Positions 38,134-51,427 of a DNA stretch of 64,000 bases are shown here, in pieces. Numbering within the stretch: the stretch's first letter is position 1; every line of letters starts with the position of its first letter. The DNA is from Hemiscyllium ocellatum (taxonomy: Eukaryota), in the NCBI RefSeq assembly GCF_020745735.1, contig NC_083434.1, positions 38,871,966 to 38,935,965 on the forward strand. The letters are read 5' to 3'. The position numbers and the translations under genes were made by a program. The notes under the pieces are model-generated. The model was given only the letters and a program-made list of their open reading frames with translations. It did not search any database and was not told the origin of the DNA.

Positions 38134-39924
38134 AGGATTGATGAGGGAAGAGCGACAGATATGACCTATATGGACTTCAGTAAGGCATTCGACAAGGCTC
38201 CCCATGGGCACTGGTTAGCAAGGTTAGATCTCATGGAATACAGGGAGAACTAGCTATTTGGATACAGAACTGGCTCAAAGGTAAGAGACAGGGGGTGGTG
38301 CTGGAGGGTTATTTATCAGACTGGAGACCTGTGACCAATAGTGTGCCACAAGGATCAGTGCTGAGTCCATTACTTTTCGTCGTTTATGTAAATGTTTTGG
38401 ATGTGAACGTAAGACGTACAGTTAGTAAGTTTGCAGATGATGCCAAAATTGGAGGTGTAGTAGCGAATGAAGAAGGTTACCTCAGATTACAATGGGATTT
38501 TGATCAGATGGGCCAACGGGCTGAGGAGTGGCAGATGGAGTTTAATTTAGATAAATGTGAGGTGCTGTATTTTTGGAAAGCAAAAGGACTTATACACTTA
38601 ATGGTAAGGACCTAGTCGAATAGGCTAGGGCTGTTTTCCCTGGAGTGTCAGAGCCTGAGGGTGACCTTATAGAGGTTATAAAATCATGAAGGGCATGGAT
38701 AGGATAAATAGACAAAGTCCAGAACAAGAGGGCATAGGTTTAGGGTGAGAGGGGAAAGATATAAAAGAGACCTAAGGGGCAACGTTTTCATGCTGAGGGT
38801 GGTATGTGTATGGAAAGAGCTGCCAGGGGAAGTGGTGGAGGCTGGTACATTTGCAACATTTAAAAGGCATTTGGATGGGTATATGAATGTGAATGGTTTG
38901 GAGGGATATGGGCCGGGTGCTGGCAGGTGGGACTAGATTGGGTTGGGATATCCGGTCAGCATGAACGAGTTGGACCAAAGGGTCTGTTTCCGTGCTGTAC
39001 ATCTCTATGACTGTAATTGCCATTATTTCCTTCTCCATTATCGTTTGTCCTATGTCCAGTGTTGTAAAACAACCATTTTATTGAAAGAACTCCTTCGGTC
39101 TTTCTGCTATTCAATCTCAATTTCACTGTTGTTTATTAATGCTCCCAATTTTGTAGATGAAGTTGGGAAAGTATTTTGGGACTAGTAAAAATCATTTGTT
39201 AATCTTAAAATTCATTTTATTTATAAATGGGACACTCGCTACTTTGAACTTAATGTCACCATTTTGGGAAACATTTCGTGTGAACATCTCAGTAAAGACA
39301 ATGTTGAATTCTGGACAAAGAGCAAGATGTTGGAGAGCCTCAGCAAGGCAGTAGGACTCTGGTAAGTCAGGCGAGTGTCTATGAGAAACAAGAGCAAATA
39401 TATTAATAAGCATATTGGAAATGCACTGATTGGATTCCCTCTGTCTAAGTTAAATTCAAATTCTCAAACTCCTGTTTAGCTTACTGCTCATTGTCTAGAT
39501 TAACATTGTCACTGTGCTACTATGCCTCTTCTGTATCCAGTGGTTCCATTGAGTACCACTGGATAATAAGCCTGTTGTGAAAGCTTTTTAATTCCTGAAA
39601 GTGCAAGAGAAACCCATTAGGTCTAGCAGCATCTGATGACAGAGATACAGAGCATTTTGAGTGAAATATCACTCTTAAGTACTGACTGAAGAAGATCGAA
39701 ATGTTTTATGCTGTGGGGCTTTTCTAACTTGCCCACAGTATCCAGGAATGGGCAGGCTATGTGGATTAGCCATGGTTAGTGCAGGGTTACAGGGATAGGG
39801 TGGGAGAGTGAGTTTGGGTGGGATCTTCTATGGATAGTTAGTGCAGACTCGAGGTGCAAATGGCCTCTATCTGCACTGTAGGGATTGTATAATTCTAACA
39901 ACTGCTGGCTGCACAATAGATGTA

Positions 39925-40255
39925 GGGGTGGCACAGTGGCTCAGTGCCTTACAGCGCCAGGGTCCTGGATTTGATTGTATTCTCAGAAGCTGACCATGTG
40001 GAGTTTACACATTCTTCCCACGTCTGCACAGGTTTTCTCTGGGTGATCTGGTTTCCTCCCACAGTCCAAAAATATAAAGGTTAGGCAGATTGGCCATGCT
40101 AAATTGTTCATGAAGTCCAGGGATGTGCAGACTAGGTGGATTAACCATGGGGAAAATGTAGGGTATTGGGGTGGGTCTAGGCCACGTGCTCTTTGGAGTT
40201 GTGGTGCGGACTTGATGGGCCGAATGGCTTGCTTCCATACTGTATGGATTCGATA
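39925..40255 (+). mobile_element. tRNA-derived SINE (HE1/V-SINE-like), diverged
   Basis: GGTGGCACAGTGG head and TTTCCTCCCACAGTCCAAA..GGCCATGCTAAATT core. Confidence 0.75.
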
Positions 40256-40459
40256 ACACACTCAGATTTTATTTCAGATTTCTGCATCAGCAATAGCTTG
40301 CTTTTCCTTCATTGAATTCATGCATTTTCAGCCCCTCAAATGTTATCTCTGGAAAGATCTATCGGGAATGTTTTCTGCAGAATTATGGGCAACCCCTTCT
40401 CTGAACCATCTTGAGATTGTGAGTTGGCTTCAGACCCTGTAGCTTCATGTAACCTTTTT

Positions 40460-40670
40460 AGAGACAAAGAAACTGCAGATGCTGGAATCCAAAGTAGACA
40501 ATCAGGAGCTGAAAGAACACAGCAAGCCAGGCAGCACCAGGAGGTGGAGAAGTCAATATTTCGGGTGTAACCCTTCTTCAGGACTGGGGGTGGGAGTCAG
40601 GGGAACTGCAGATTAAGGGAGAAGTGGGGGCATGGTGGTGAAGTGGGAATAGGTGAAGACAGGAAAGATG
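40460..40670 (-). mobile_element. PLE pLTR fragment with hammerhead variant (40551-40585)
   Basis: Minus strand AGTC-CTGAAGA-A-GGGT-TAC-ACCC-GAAA-TATT-GACT, plus the GATGCTG/CTGCAG tail shared with the other pLTRs. Confidence 0.7.
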
Positions 40671-43600
40671 ATATCCTGGACTCCCAGTGGGAGATCAGAT
40701 TTTCAGCAACCTTTGATGAATTCTGAATCCCTGGAGCTGACTGAAATTATTCTCCAGAATAAGCAACATAGTTCAATAATTACAAAATAGAACTTCAGGG
40801 TCAGGGTAGTGGTGACCTGATTGATGCACTTAAGATTATGGAGGTATTATAGAGTGAACTATAGCATTTTGAAGTTCATGATCAGTCCTGTGAGACACCC
40901 AAATAGAGTACTGACTTAAATAAACGCTAATTTAACATTCTGATGCGGATTTAATGAGCCCTCAGTTACCTTGTTGTCAGCCATGTTGAAAGTTACTGAG
41001 CTGTGGGTCATTACATTTAGATTCAGTCTATTCAATAAGATGCTGGCTAATTTGATTGAAGCTTGAATCCCACTACCCCTCATAAACCTTTTACTGTCTT
41101 GTTGATCTAGAATTTACCTATATCTGCCTTTAAAAATATTCCGTGATGCTGCCTACACTGCTGTCTGGGCAACAGAGTTTCAACCTTTAGAGGGGAAATC
41201 ATTTCTCATTGCTGTCTTAAATGGGACAGCCCTCATTTTCCAACTGTGACCCCAGGTTCTAGTCTAGGATGGTTTCATGCATCTGTTGCTCTAAAGCTAT
41301 TGTTTGTTTCCTCCATGTTTTATTCCAAGTGATAGATGACTGAGGAGGTAAAAAGGAAGGGAACATTTTTTATTTAAAAAGAGCTAAAAGAAAACGTCGT
41401 ATTTGTTGTTTGCTGTTGCTAAGGCTGTTGTATGTTGGAACTCTGCATGGAACTTTCACGGATAGATGCCATATCCATTAAGTAAGCTGGATTCAATGCC
41501 CCTGCCACCACCACCGCTCCCCACCATTCTGTTCACAGCCTCTGAAGAAAAAGCATGCTAATCTGAATCTGTAATGTTTTGTTTCTTTTTTGTAATGCAT
41601 CTGGAATCGATTATAACCCATGTGAGGCATTGCTGGGTGTGGGAACATGTTGGCTGATGCATTTCCATTCAGCTGAATTTTCTGCTTACATAGAGTCTTG
41701 AGCAACAAAGCAGTGTTTCCCTAAGGGTGTGATTTGTAACATTAGTGATAAATTCCATTAAACTGACGGCTCTGGCACCTCTTCTGCAGCAAATTTGTAC
41801 ATCTAGCTCGATTATGATTCCCGATTTTGAAAGATTCGGAATGATTGTGGAAGAAAGTTATAGGGTCTTAACAAGTTCGGCACTTAACAAGCCCAGTGAC
41901 TACTTGAAACAGTCAAGCAAATGCTGAATCTTACAGAGGAAACCTTCGACAACATCTTCCACTGCTGTGATCTCTATCACTTAGAAGGGCAAAGGCAGCA
42001 AAAGTATTGGAACACCACTACCCAGAGTAAGAGTTACATCAGCTAAATACTTGTGGCTCAGAGTTCTTGGTTAGGGCCAGAGCCACCATGTCTGGGTCTG
42101 GGGGCTAGGATTGGGGCCAACAGCAGCACCAAGACAATGATTTCTAACCCATGTCCCCATCTACATGTTCCTGTTCGAACCACACGCCATCCTGTGTTGG
42201 AACTACATTACAGTTCCTTCATTGTTGCTGGGTCAAAGTCTTAGAACCCCCTCCCTGACAGAACCGTAGGTACCCTCACAACCCATGCACTGCAGCAGTT
42301 CAAGAAGGTGGCTAACCGCCAATTTCCTGAAGGCAATGAGTGATGGCCAATATCCATGAACGAACAAGAGAAAAGGTCAACCTTGTGTTTTGGCTTTCTC
42401 GAATTGCACTTGTCATTGATAACCACCCACTGCAAGCATGTTTCTATCTTGGTGAGTATTTTCCTCATTATTAGCTTTACCCATCAATTTAGTGTTGTCT
42501 TCAAATTTTAACCTCACATTTCCACTTCCTGAGTCTGAAGTAAGGTGCAGTATTGAGTCCCAGTCCAGTATCAGCGACCTCAAATAATCAGCAATGGATC
42601 AGTATTTCTTGTTATGAAGTGAAATAATCAGGTCATATAGAACCGCAATGTTGCTGTAAAGATGATGTGTTGCCCAAGTTTTTATCCTGTACTCATCAGG
42701 ACAAATGCTAGAATTCCAAATTTTGAATGATCACGCCAATTCATACTTCAGGTAATTGGTTGGCAAGTTGATTTTGATTGCCCTGAAGATAAATAGGTTC
42801 TTTGAGTAATACAAAAAAGACAGAGCTTGAATATGTTGTTTTTGTTGTAGAGAATGGACATCTGTATGAAAGCTTCAGCACATGTCTTTCGTTTAAGCAA
42901 TATATTGATAGGGATTCGGTTAACTCAGTTGGAGTGATGCTAACAGCACAGGTTCAATTCCCACACCAGCTGAGATTTCCATGGAAGCTCCACATTCTCA
43001 AACTTGTCCCTCACCTGAGGTATGATGACCCTCTGGTTAAACCTCCACCCGTCATGTCTTTCTAATGGGAGAGTAGCCCTTAGGTCGTCTGGGACTATAA
43101 TGACTTTACCAATACCTTATACAGAGATATTTAATTGCATACATGGTCTTTGTGATATTGTAACAAATGACATGGCATACAATTGATGGTGTCATTAAGT
43201 AGCTTATAAATTTGCATTGTGTGAAATAGCTAACTGACAGATTTATCTGCTAACAAAAGCTGTCACCGTTTCTATTATAAATAAATGTTGCAATATAGCG
43301 AGTGATATTTTTCATCTTCAATGAGGACTATCTATTAAACCTGCTTGTAACTTGTTCATTCATGAAAAATGAGGTAATTAGCAATGAAACAAAAATTACT
43401 TTTCCAATTTTATGGCTTCAGAAAATCTCAGAAGTGTAATAGCACAGGAGGAGGCCTTTCTGAGAAATCCTTTGAATCTAATTAAAGTAATTAATTGTTT
43501 TTACCTCCGAGAGCTGCTGCGGCTGCATCATTAAGTATATTCAAAACTAAGGTGGACAGGTGTTTAAGCAGTAAGGGAATCAAGGGTTTATGGAGAAAAG

Positions 43601-44019
43601 TGGAATTGAGGATTTATTGAATTAGCCATGATCTCAGTAAGTAGTGGAGCAGACTCTGTGTGTGAAGTCATTACTGTTTCCATCACCGTTTCAGTCAGTG
43701 GATCTCAGATCACAGCAACTTCCTACATAATTTTTGTTTTAACCTACTGTTGCCTGTGATTCTTTTGCCAATCATTAGAAATCTCTATTCCTTGATTACC
43801 AGGCCTGCCAATGGAAACAACCTTTCCTTATCATAATCCTCCAATCGCTATTAAATCTTCCCTGTAATCTTCCCAAGAGAATAAACTCAGCTTTTGTTCA
43901 GTTTCACTATGAAACTGAAGTTCTTCATTTGTGGTATCAGTCTGGTAAACTACTGCTGCACTGACGTCCTTCCTGAAGGATGGTCACCTTAGGCAATGAT
44001 ATTGCACCCCGTACCCCCA

Positions 44020-45580
44020 GGTAGGAGGTAGGAGCCCAGTGTGGAGCATGGAGATAGGGGACCAGTGTGGAGGGTGGAGGTAGGGGCCCAGTGCATGGCG
44101 TAGTGGTAGGAGCCCAGTGCGGAGCATGGAGGTAGGGACCAGTGCAGAGCATAGTGGTAGGGGCCCAGTGCAGATGGAGGAGATAGGGGCCCAGTGCAGA
44201 GTGTAGTGGTAGGGGGCCAGTGTGGAGCATGGACGTAGGGGCCCAGTGCGGAGCGTGGTGGAGGTAGGGGTCCAGTGCGGAGGGTGGTGGAGGTAGGGGC
44301 CCAGTGCAGAGCGTGGTGGAGGTAGGGGCCCAGTGCAGAGCGTGGTGGAGGTAGGGGCCCAGTGCGGAGCGTGGTGGAGGTAGGGGGCCCAGTGCGGAGC
44401 GTGGTGGAGGTAGGGGCCCAGTGCGGAGGGTGGTGGAGGTAGGGGCCCAGTGCGGAGGGTGGTGGAGGTAGGGGCCCAGTGCGGAGCGTGGTGGAGGTAG
44501 GAGCCCAGTGCGGAGGGTGGTGGAGGTAGGGGCCCAGTGCGGAGGGTGGTGGAGGTAGGGGCCCAGTGCGGAGCGTGGTGGAGGTAGGGGCCCAGTGCGA
44601 AGGGTGGTGGAGGTAGGGGCCCAGTGTGGAGGTAGGGGCCCAGTGCGGAGGGTGGTGGAGGTAGGGGCCCAGTGTGGAGGGTGGTGGAGGTAGGGGCCCA
44701 GTGTGGAGTGCGGAGGTAGGGGCCCAGTGCAGAGGGTGGTGGAGGTAGGGGCCCAGTGCGGAGCGTGGTGGAGGTAGGGGCCCAGTGCGGAGGGTGGTGG
44801 AGGTAGGGGCCCAGTGCGGAGCGTGGTGGAGGTAGGGGCCCAGTGCGGAGGGTGGTGGAGGTAGAGGCCCAGTGCGGAGGGTGGTGGAGGTAGGGGCCCA
44901 GTGCGGAGCGTGGTGGAGGTAGGGGCCCAGTGCGGAGGGTGGTGGAGGTAGAGGCCCAGTGCGGAGGGTGGTGGAGGTAGGGGCCCAGTGCGGAGGGTGG
45001 TGGAGGTAGGGGCCCAGTGCGGAGGTAGGGGCCCAGTGTGGAGGGTGGTGGAGGTAGGGGCCCAGTGTGGAGGGTGGTGGAGGTAGGGGCCCAGTGTGGA
45101 GTGCGGAGGTAGGGGCCCAGTGTGGAGGGTGGTGGAGGTAGGGGCCCAGTGTGGAGGGTGGTGGAGGTAGGGGCCCAGTGCGGAGGGTGGTGGAGGTAGG
45201 GGCCCAGTGTGGAGTGCGGAGGTAGGGGCCCAGTGCAGAGGGTGGTGGAGGTAGGGGCCCAGTGCAGAGGGTGGTAGAGGTAGGGGCCCAGTGCGGAGCG
45301 TGGTGGAGGTAGGGGCCCAGTGCGGAGCGTGGTGGAGGTAGGGGCCCAGTGCGGAGTGCGGAGGTAGGGGCCCAGTGCAGAGGGTAGTGGAGGTAGGGGC
45401 CCAGTGCGGAGGGTGGTGGAGGTAGGGGCCCAGTGTGGAGTGCGGAGGTAGGGGCGCAGTGCGGAGGTAGGGGCGCAGTGCGGAGGGTGGTGGAGGTAGG
45501 GGCGCAGTGCGGAGGGTGGTGGAGGTAGGGGCCCAGTGCGGAGGGTGGTGGAGGTAGGGGCGCAGTGCGGAGGGTGGTGG
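44020..45580 (+). repeat. G-rich minisatellite, 29-bp unit GGAGGTAGGGGCCCAGTGCGGAGGGTGGT, roughly 55 copies
   Basis: Direct tandem repetition with 26- and 19-bp variants; degenerate at the left end. Confidence 0.97.
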
Positions 45581-47629
45581 CAGCCAGTGGTCAGAGGTCC
45601 CTGTACTGGTCTGCTCTGAAGACACTTTGGAGAAAGACTGTGATGTTCGTCTTTATAACTTTGCTACTTGTTTTTCTGACCTGTGGTCAGCTGCAATGTA
45701 ACTTTTCTTCATTTCTTTATTCTGTAACTGAGGATTGTACCTAAGATGGCTCTGTACGTGGTGACCCTTTTTTCCTTGTCGTCATTTTGACAATAAAGCT
45801 AATTCAATTCAATTCAGTGTTGCAATTTTGGAAAGTTGACAGTCAATTTCTCCCATAAATAGCAAAGCAAAACAGACCAGGAATGGAAAGGAAGGGGACA
45901 AAATGATAGGAGTTGAATCAATTCAGGAATTAACAAGCAAAGACAAAAACCCTATGTTGGATTGGCATGGTGGTCTGGAGAGATGAAAACTACCTTCTTT
46001 TGTAAAGTGTGCGTGTCAAAGCATTGCCCCACGTAACTACAGCCTAATTCTGACCCAGAAACAGAAATCACTGGAGCAACTCAGCAGGTCTGGCAGCATC
46101 TGTGGAGAGCGAAACAGTTAACGTTTCTGGTCCAGTGACCGTTCTTCAAGAGCGACCCCAATTCTAATCCCTAGGACAGGATCAGATAGACTGCGGAGCA
46201 TCATGCTGAATGAGATGATTCCTGAGGGAAAGTGAAATCTGCTCGGAAAATAACTGAGTTAGGCAGAAGGCACAGAAAAGGAACTCTGTGGTCAGAGGAG
46301 GACGGATCCACTTGCAATAGTTGAGAACAGCCTGAAGTAATCATGAACTCCCTCCTTGCTTTGGCCCTTGTTTCCTGTTGCAGGCAGGCTGCCACATTTC
46401 CAGCTTGGACTGGGACCAGGGTGAAGTAAAGGCACTGCCGCTGTTGTGAAAACAGGAGGATGCTGTTCTCGAACATTCTGAAGCCCACGTCCTGCCTGAA
46501 TGTCTCAGCGTCACACAAACTCATCGATGTTTCTGTGGGCTCACAGGGCCGTGCAAAAACAGGAAGAATTCAATACAGCATCGTCAACACATATCAAAGC
46601 TCGATTTACTGTGGGGAGGGGTGAGGTGGGGAACAGAGGGTGAGGGAGGAGTAAGGACAGAATTACCAGAGTGTCTCAGCACAGGAGGGGGGCCATTCAG
46701 CCCTTCTGTCGATGTGCAGGCTCTCCAGATGAGCAATGCACCTTATCTGTGCGTTCTCCCAACCTTTCAATCTGATTAGGACAGCACGGTGGCTCAGTGG
46801 TTAGCACTAGGGACCCAGGTTCAATTCCAGCCTCAGACAACTGTCTGCGTGGAGTTTGCACATTCAGAGATGTGCAGGTTAGTTGGATTCGCCATGCTAA
46901 ATTACCCCATAGTGTCCAGGGATGTGCAGACTAAGTGGGTTAGGGTGATTGGGTGGGCAGGGGGCAACTCTGGGCAGGATCCTCTTTGGAGAGTCAGTGT
47001 GGTTTCGATGGGTTGAATGGCCTGTTTCCACACTTTAGGGATTATACAATTGAAGCTGCCTCCTGTGCACTCTCCTGACAGATTGTTCCAGGCCATGTAC
47101 TGAGTGAGATAGTTACTCCTCTTGTCAATGTTGCTTCTATTACCAATCGCCTTTAGCCTGTGCCCTCTCCTTCTCCATCTTTCCACTACTTTTGCCCATC
47201 CGTCTGTCCAGAAAAATGTGGAAAAATCCAATGGTTGCAGTAGATTGATTAGAATATGTATTTCAATGGACTGTTTGCATCTACGGGGGAGCTTCCCCAT
47301 TTTTAAGAACTCTTCAAAACAGATCAGTAAGAAACTCTGAAAGAAAACCAGAAAAATATTGGAAATCACAACCACCTGATGAAGGAGCAGCACTATGAAA
47401 GCTAGTGCTTCCAATTAAACCTGTTGGACCATAACCTGGTTCTGTGTGATTAGAGATGAACAGGTTGATTCCTAGTCTGTGCTAACTTGACCAACTTCAG
47501 CCACTGTACATATGCAATCCATCTAAGTGCCTTTGATTGGCACCAGGAAAGTCATGCCCAACATTAGATCCTTCTGATTGTGGTCCAAGGAATCTTTGCT
47601 GGAAAGTGTGGTGTGGGTTTTAGATGGGG

Positions 47630-47923
47630 ATTAGATTGGATTAGATTACTTACAGTGTGGAAACAGGCCCTTTGGCCCAACAAGTCCACACCGACCCTCT
47701 GAAGCGCACCCACCCAGACCCATTCCCCTACATTTACCCCTGCACCTAACACTACGGGCAATTTAGCATGGCCAATCCACCTAACCTGCACATTTTTGGA
47801 CTTTGGGAAGAAACCGGAGCACCCGGAGAAAACCCACGCAGACACGGGAGAATGTACAAACTCCAAATAGTCAGTCGCCTGAGGTGGGCATTGAACCCGG
47901 GTCTCTGGCGCTGTGAGACAGCA
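47630..47923 (-). mobile_element. tRNA-derived SINE (HE1/V-SINE-like)
   Basis: Same core and (AATCT)n tail as 9083-9392; 5' end clipped. Confidence 0.82.
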
Positions 47924-48727
47924 GGGATATCAAGACTTAACTGTGATGCTAAAAGTCTGCTCACCTTGGCACACTCATTAAGGTGAGGATGTCAGATACA
48001 AAATAGAACATGTGAGCAAGCAACAGGAGTAGGCCATTTGGCCCCTCGAGATAGCGCTATCATTCATTGAACCATGAAGATTTTACAGCTTGGAAGAGGC
48101 CCTTTGGCCCATTGCATCCATACTGTTTGAATATTTCTAAAATGTCTTGAGGACTCTGGCCTGAACCATCCTTATAGACAAAGAGTTCCAAATCCTCTTT
48201 GGGTGAACATTATCTGATGAGATTCTTGAGCTTTTTGTTCCTATTATTTTCTCATGTTGCCTTCAGAGTTCAGCTTCTGCTATTACCTGGACACCACATG
48301 CCAGAATGGGAGCCTGCTTTGATTGTAACATACTTGACTGAAAGTTATCAGGGATACCGATACTTCTACGTCAAAATAGTCCTGGTCATAAATCACCTTA
48401 GTCACAAGATTCTGGCTATGTGTAAAACATTGATTAAGTTGTCAGCAGATTCTCCTAGATTTTTCTTAAATAAATCTTGCTCTCTATTATCTGATTGGTA
48501 TTTGATATAAAATAATTGCGAAAAATGTTCTTAGAATATTGTTTAAATTGATTCAAGGGGTGAGGGTCTCACTGGTTAGGCCATGTGTTGCCCATCTCTA
48601 ATTGTCTAGAGAGCAGTTAAGAACGACGAATCTGGAGATGGTGCACAGATCAAAGGAGGTGGTGGTGAGGGCAGACCGAGAGTCATCAGAGCACATGTGG
48701 AAATTGCTGGGCTATTTTCATATGAGG

Positions 48728-48914
48728 AGAAAGTGAGGACTGCAGATGCTGGAGATCAGAGCTGAAAATGTGTTGCTGGAAAAGCGCAGCAGGCCAGGCA
48801 GCATCCAAAGAGCAGGAGAATCGACGTTTCAGGAGGGCTCACGCCCGATACGTCGATTCTCCTGCTCTTTGGATGCTGCCTGGCCTGCTGCGCTTTTCCA
48901 GCAACACATTTTCA
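48728..48914. mobile_element. Palindromic PLE-pLTR mini-element B
   Basis: Inverted arms; 17-bp TSD GCTATTTTCA(T/G)ATGAGG (48711-48727 / 48915-48931). Confidence 0.85.
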
Positions 48915-49002
48915 GCTATTTTCAGATGAGGTTGTCAGGGTACAGCATGTTAACGAGAAATCTAAGACGCCCAAAAGTAGAACTTTGGGGGGCACCAGAT
49001 AA

Positions 49003-49475
49003 AGGACTATGTTGCCAGTGTTGGGAGGGTTTGTGTTATAGGGGGCGGCTGAACAGGCTGGGACTGTTTTCCCTGGAGCGTCAGAGGCTAAAGGGTGACC
49101 TTATAGAGGTTAATAAAATCATGAGGAGCATGGATAGGGTAAATAGACAAGGTCTTTTCCCTGGGGTGGGGGAGTCCAGAACTAGACAACATAGGTTTAG
49201 GGTGAGAGGGGGAAAGATTTAAAAGGGACGTAAGGGGGAACTTCTTCATGCAGGGGCTGGTGCGCGTATGTAATGAGCTGCCAGAGGAAGTGGTGCAGGC
49301 TGGTACAATTACAGCATTTAAAAGGCATTTGGATGGGTATATGAATAGGAAGGGTTTAGAGGGATATGGGCCAAGTGCTGGCAAATGGGACTGGATTAGG
49401 TTAGGATATCCAGTCGGCATGGATGAGTTGGACAGAAGGGTCTGTTTCTGTCTTGTACATCTTTATGACTCTGTG
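49003..49475 (+). mobile_element. CR1 LINE 3' end
   Basis: RLNRLGLFSLE..LKGDLIEV.KI; CR1 3' UTR. Confidence 0.85.
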
Positions 49476-51201
49476 ACATTACTGTGGGTCTGGAGTCACA
49501 TGTAGGCCAGACCAGGTAAGGATGGCTGGTTCCTTTCCTAAAAGACATCAGTGAACCAGATGTGTTTTTCCCGACAATCGGGAATGGATTCATGATCACC
49601 ATTAGACCCTTAATTTCAGATTTTTGTTGAATTTAAATTCCACCATCTGCCATCACCATTACACTCCCATTGTTGCTCTTCTGTTATAGTTTGTCATTTT
49701 AAATCATAATCTACAACAGGACCTACAGTGTAAAGAAAGAAGTTCACTGATCCTTCTCTAGGGTTCTTCTCTAATCCTGAAGCAATTCTATATCACATGA
49801 ATTGTCTCTCCCAAATACTTCTGTTCACTTCCTTGTCTGAAGGTTTTGTGATTTTAAATCTTCCTGCATGCTCCATATTTATCTGTTGTTGTTTCTCTAA
49901 CTTAAAGAATTTCTTTGAGTACAGTTGCAAGAATTTTCTATTTTTTTTGTAAATGTAATTGATGTTACTGTATTAACTGTTACATTTTCCTCTGCAAATT
50001 TTCTAAAGGTTGTAATTGTTTTCTTTCATTACTGGATAATGAAGATAAATTGTAAATAAAACTTTGTCCTTAAGAGCTTTCTTGTCTTCATGTAGATTTT
50101 AAACTTCTATCTTAGACTACAAGACCATAAGCTATAGAAGCAAAGTTAGGCCATTAGGCCCATTGAGTCTACGCAACCATTTGATCATGGCTGATAGGTT
50201 TCTCAAGGCCATTCCCCTGCCTTCTCCCCATAACCTTTAATTCCCTTAATAATCAAGAACCTATCTTTCTCTGTCTTAAATACATTCAATGATTGGTCTC
50301 CACAGCCCTCTATGGCAATGAGTTCCATAGCCTCACCACACTCTGGCTGAAGAAATTTTTCCTTATCCTTATTGTAAAGGGTCATCCTTTGATTCAGAGG
50401 TTGTGCCCTCGGGTTCTAGTCTGTTCTCCCCTGAGTTTTTCATGCCATGTTATATTGTAAACAAGGCACCACACTGACATATTTTAGTTGAATAACAAAA
50501 ACTTGTTTCTCCTTCACAGTAATGTTTTTAATAAATTGCACTTCCACCTTATGCCAATTAGTCAAGTTATGCTTCAGTTTTCCCAATGTTCTTACAGTGT
50601 GTCCTTTTTAGAAAGTTGCTACTGCAGCTTTTCCTGATATTGCAAAATACAGTCATAGTGATAGAGACGTACAGCACAGAAACAGACCCTTCGGTCCAAC
50701 TCTTCCAAACTTAATCCAGTCCCATTTGTCAGCACTTGGCCCATATCCCTCTAAACCTTCCTATTCATAAATCCATCCAGATGCCTTTTAAATGTTAATT
50801 TGTTTGATGTAGCATTTCAAGTCTTTTCTCCCCTTCCCAGCAGAAAATTTGTCCTTAAATGTAAACATCTTCACTCTTCCACTGAGAGACTTTAACCACA
50901 TTCATTGCCTAATATTGACTATTGTAGCCAAGGTTTATAATTCAGATTTTTCCCCTTCAAGCTTTGGTAAGAATCCGCTTGGGTTTTCACCAGTTTTCTC
51001 AATTTTGTTTTGCTGTCTTTAGCTGATTTGAATTTTACAGGCAGGCATGGTGTTGTGGCTTCTTTGTGCTGCTTTCACAGGCTCTATCTGTTTTTAAGCT
51101 GCAGAACATTCCAACAGACCGTCACAGTTCTCTGTTTGGAAAATCCTTCCTTCTTTCTGGATGGCTGTGATTTGAGTAAAGTTGATGATTTCTTCAGCTT
51201 G

Positions 51202-51427
51202 TAGGGTAAAAAATGAGGTCTGCAGATGCTGGAGATCACAGCTGAAAATGTGTTGCTGGTTAAAGCACAGCAGGTTAGGCAGCATCCAAGGAATAGGAAA
51301 TTCGACGTTTCGGGCATAAGCCCTTCATCAGGTTTCCTGATGAAGGGGTTATGCCCAAAACGTCGAATTTCCTATTCCTTGGATGCTGCCTAACCTGCTG
51401 TGCTTTAACCAGCAACACATTTTCAGC
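51202..51427. mobile_element. Palindromic PLE-pLTR mini-element C
   Basis: Near-perfect inverted arms; 16-bp TSD TGATTTCTTCAGCTTG (51186-51201 / 51428-51443). Confidence 0.87.

Larger units (their letters stand above)
35400..39012 (+). mobile_element. CR1 LINE ORF2, same family as 7181-11810, interrupted by a MITE and a Tx1/L1-like insertion
   Basis: GLYYRPPNS, GDFNFP, KSPGPDQ, VPQGSVL, SKFADD; 3' end ...TACATCTCTATGACT. Confidence 0.9.

Noticed and set aside
44020-45580. CRISPR-like array
   Set aside because: Units are contiguous with no unique spacers, the DNA is eukaryotic, and there are no cas genes.
43937-45625. 562-aa Pro/His/Thr-rich ORF
   Set aside because: Translation of the C-rich strand of the minisatellite, whose unit contains no stop triplet in any frame; no gene context.
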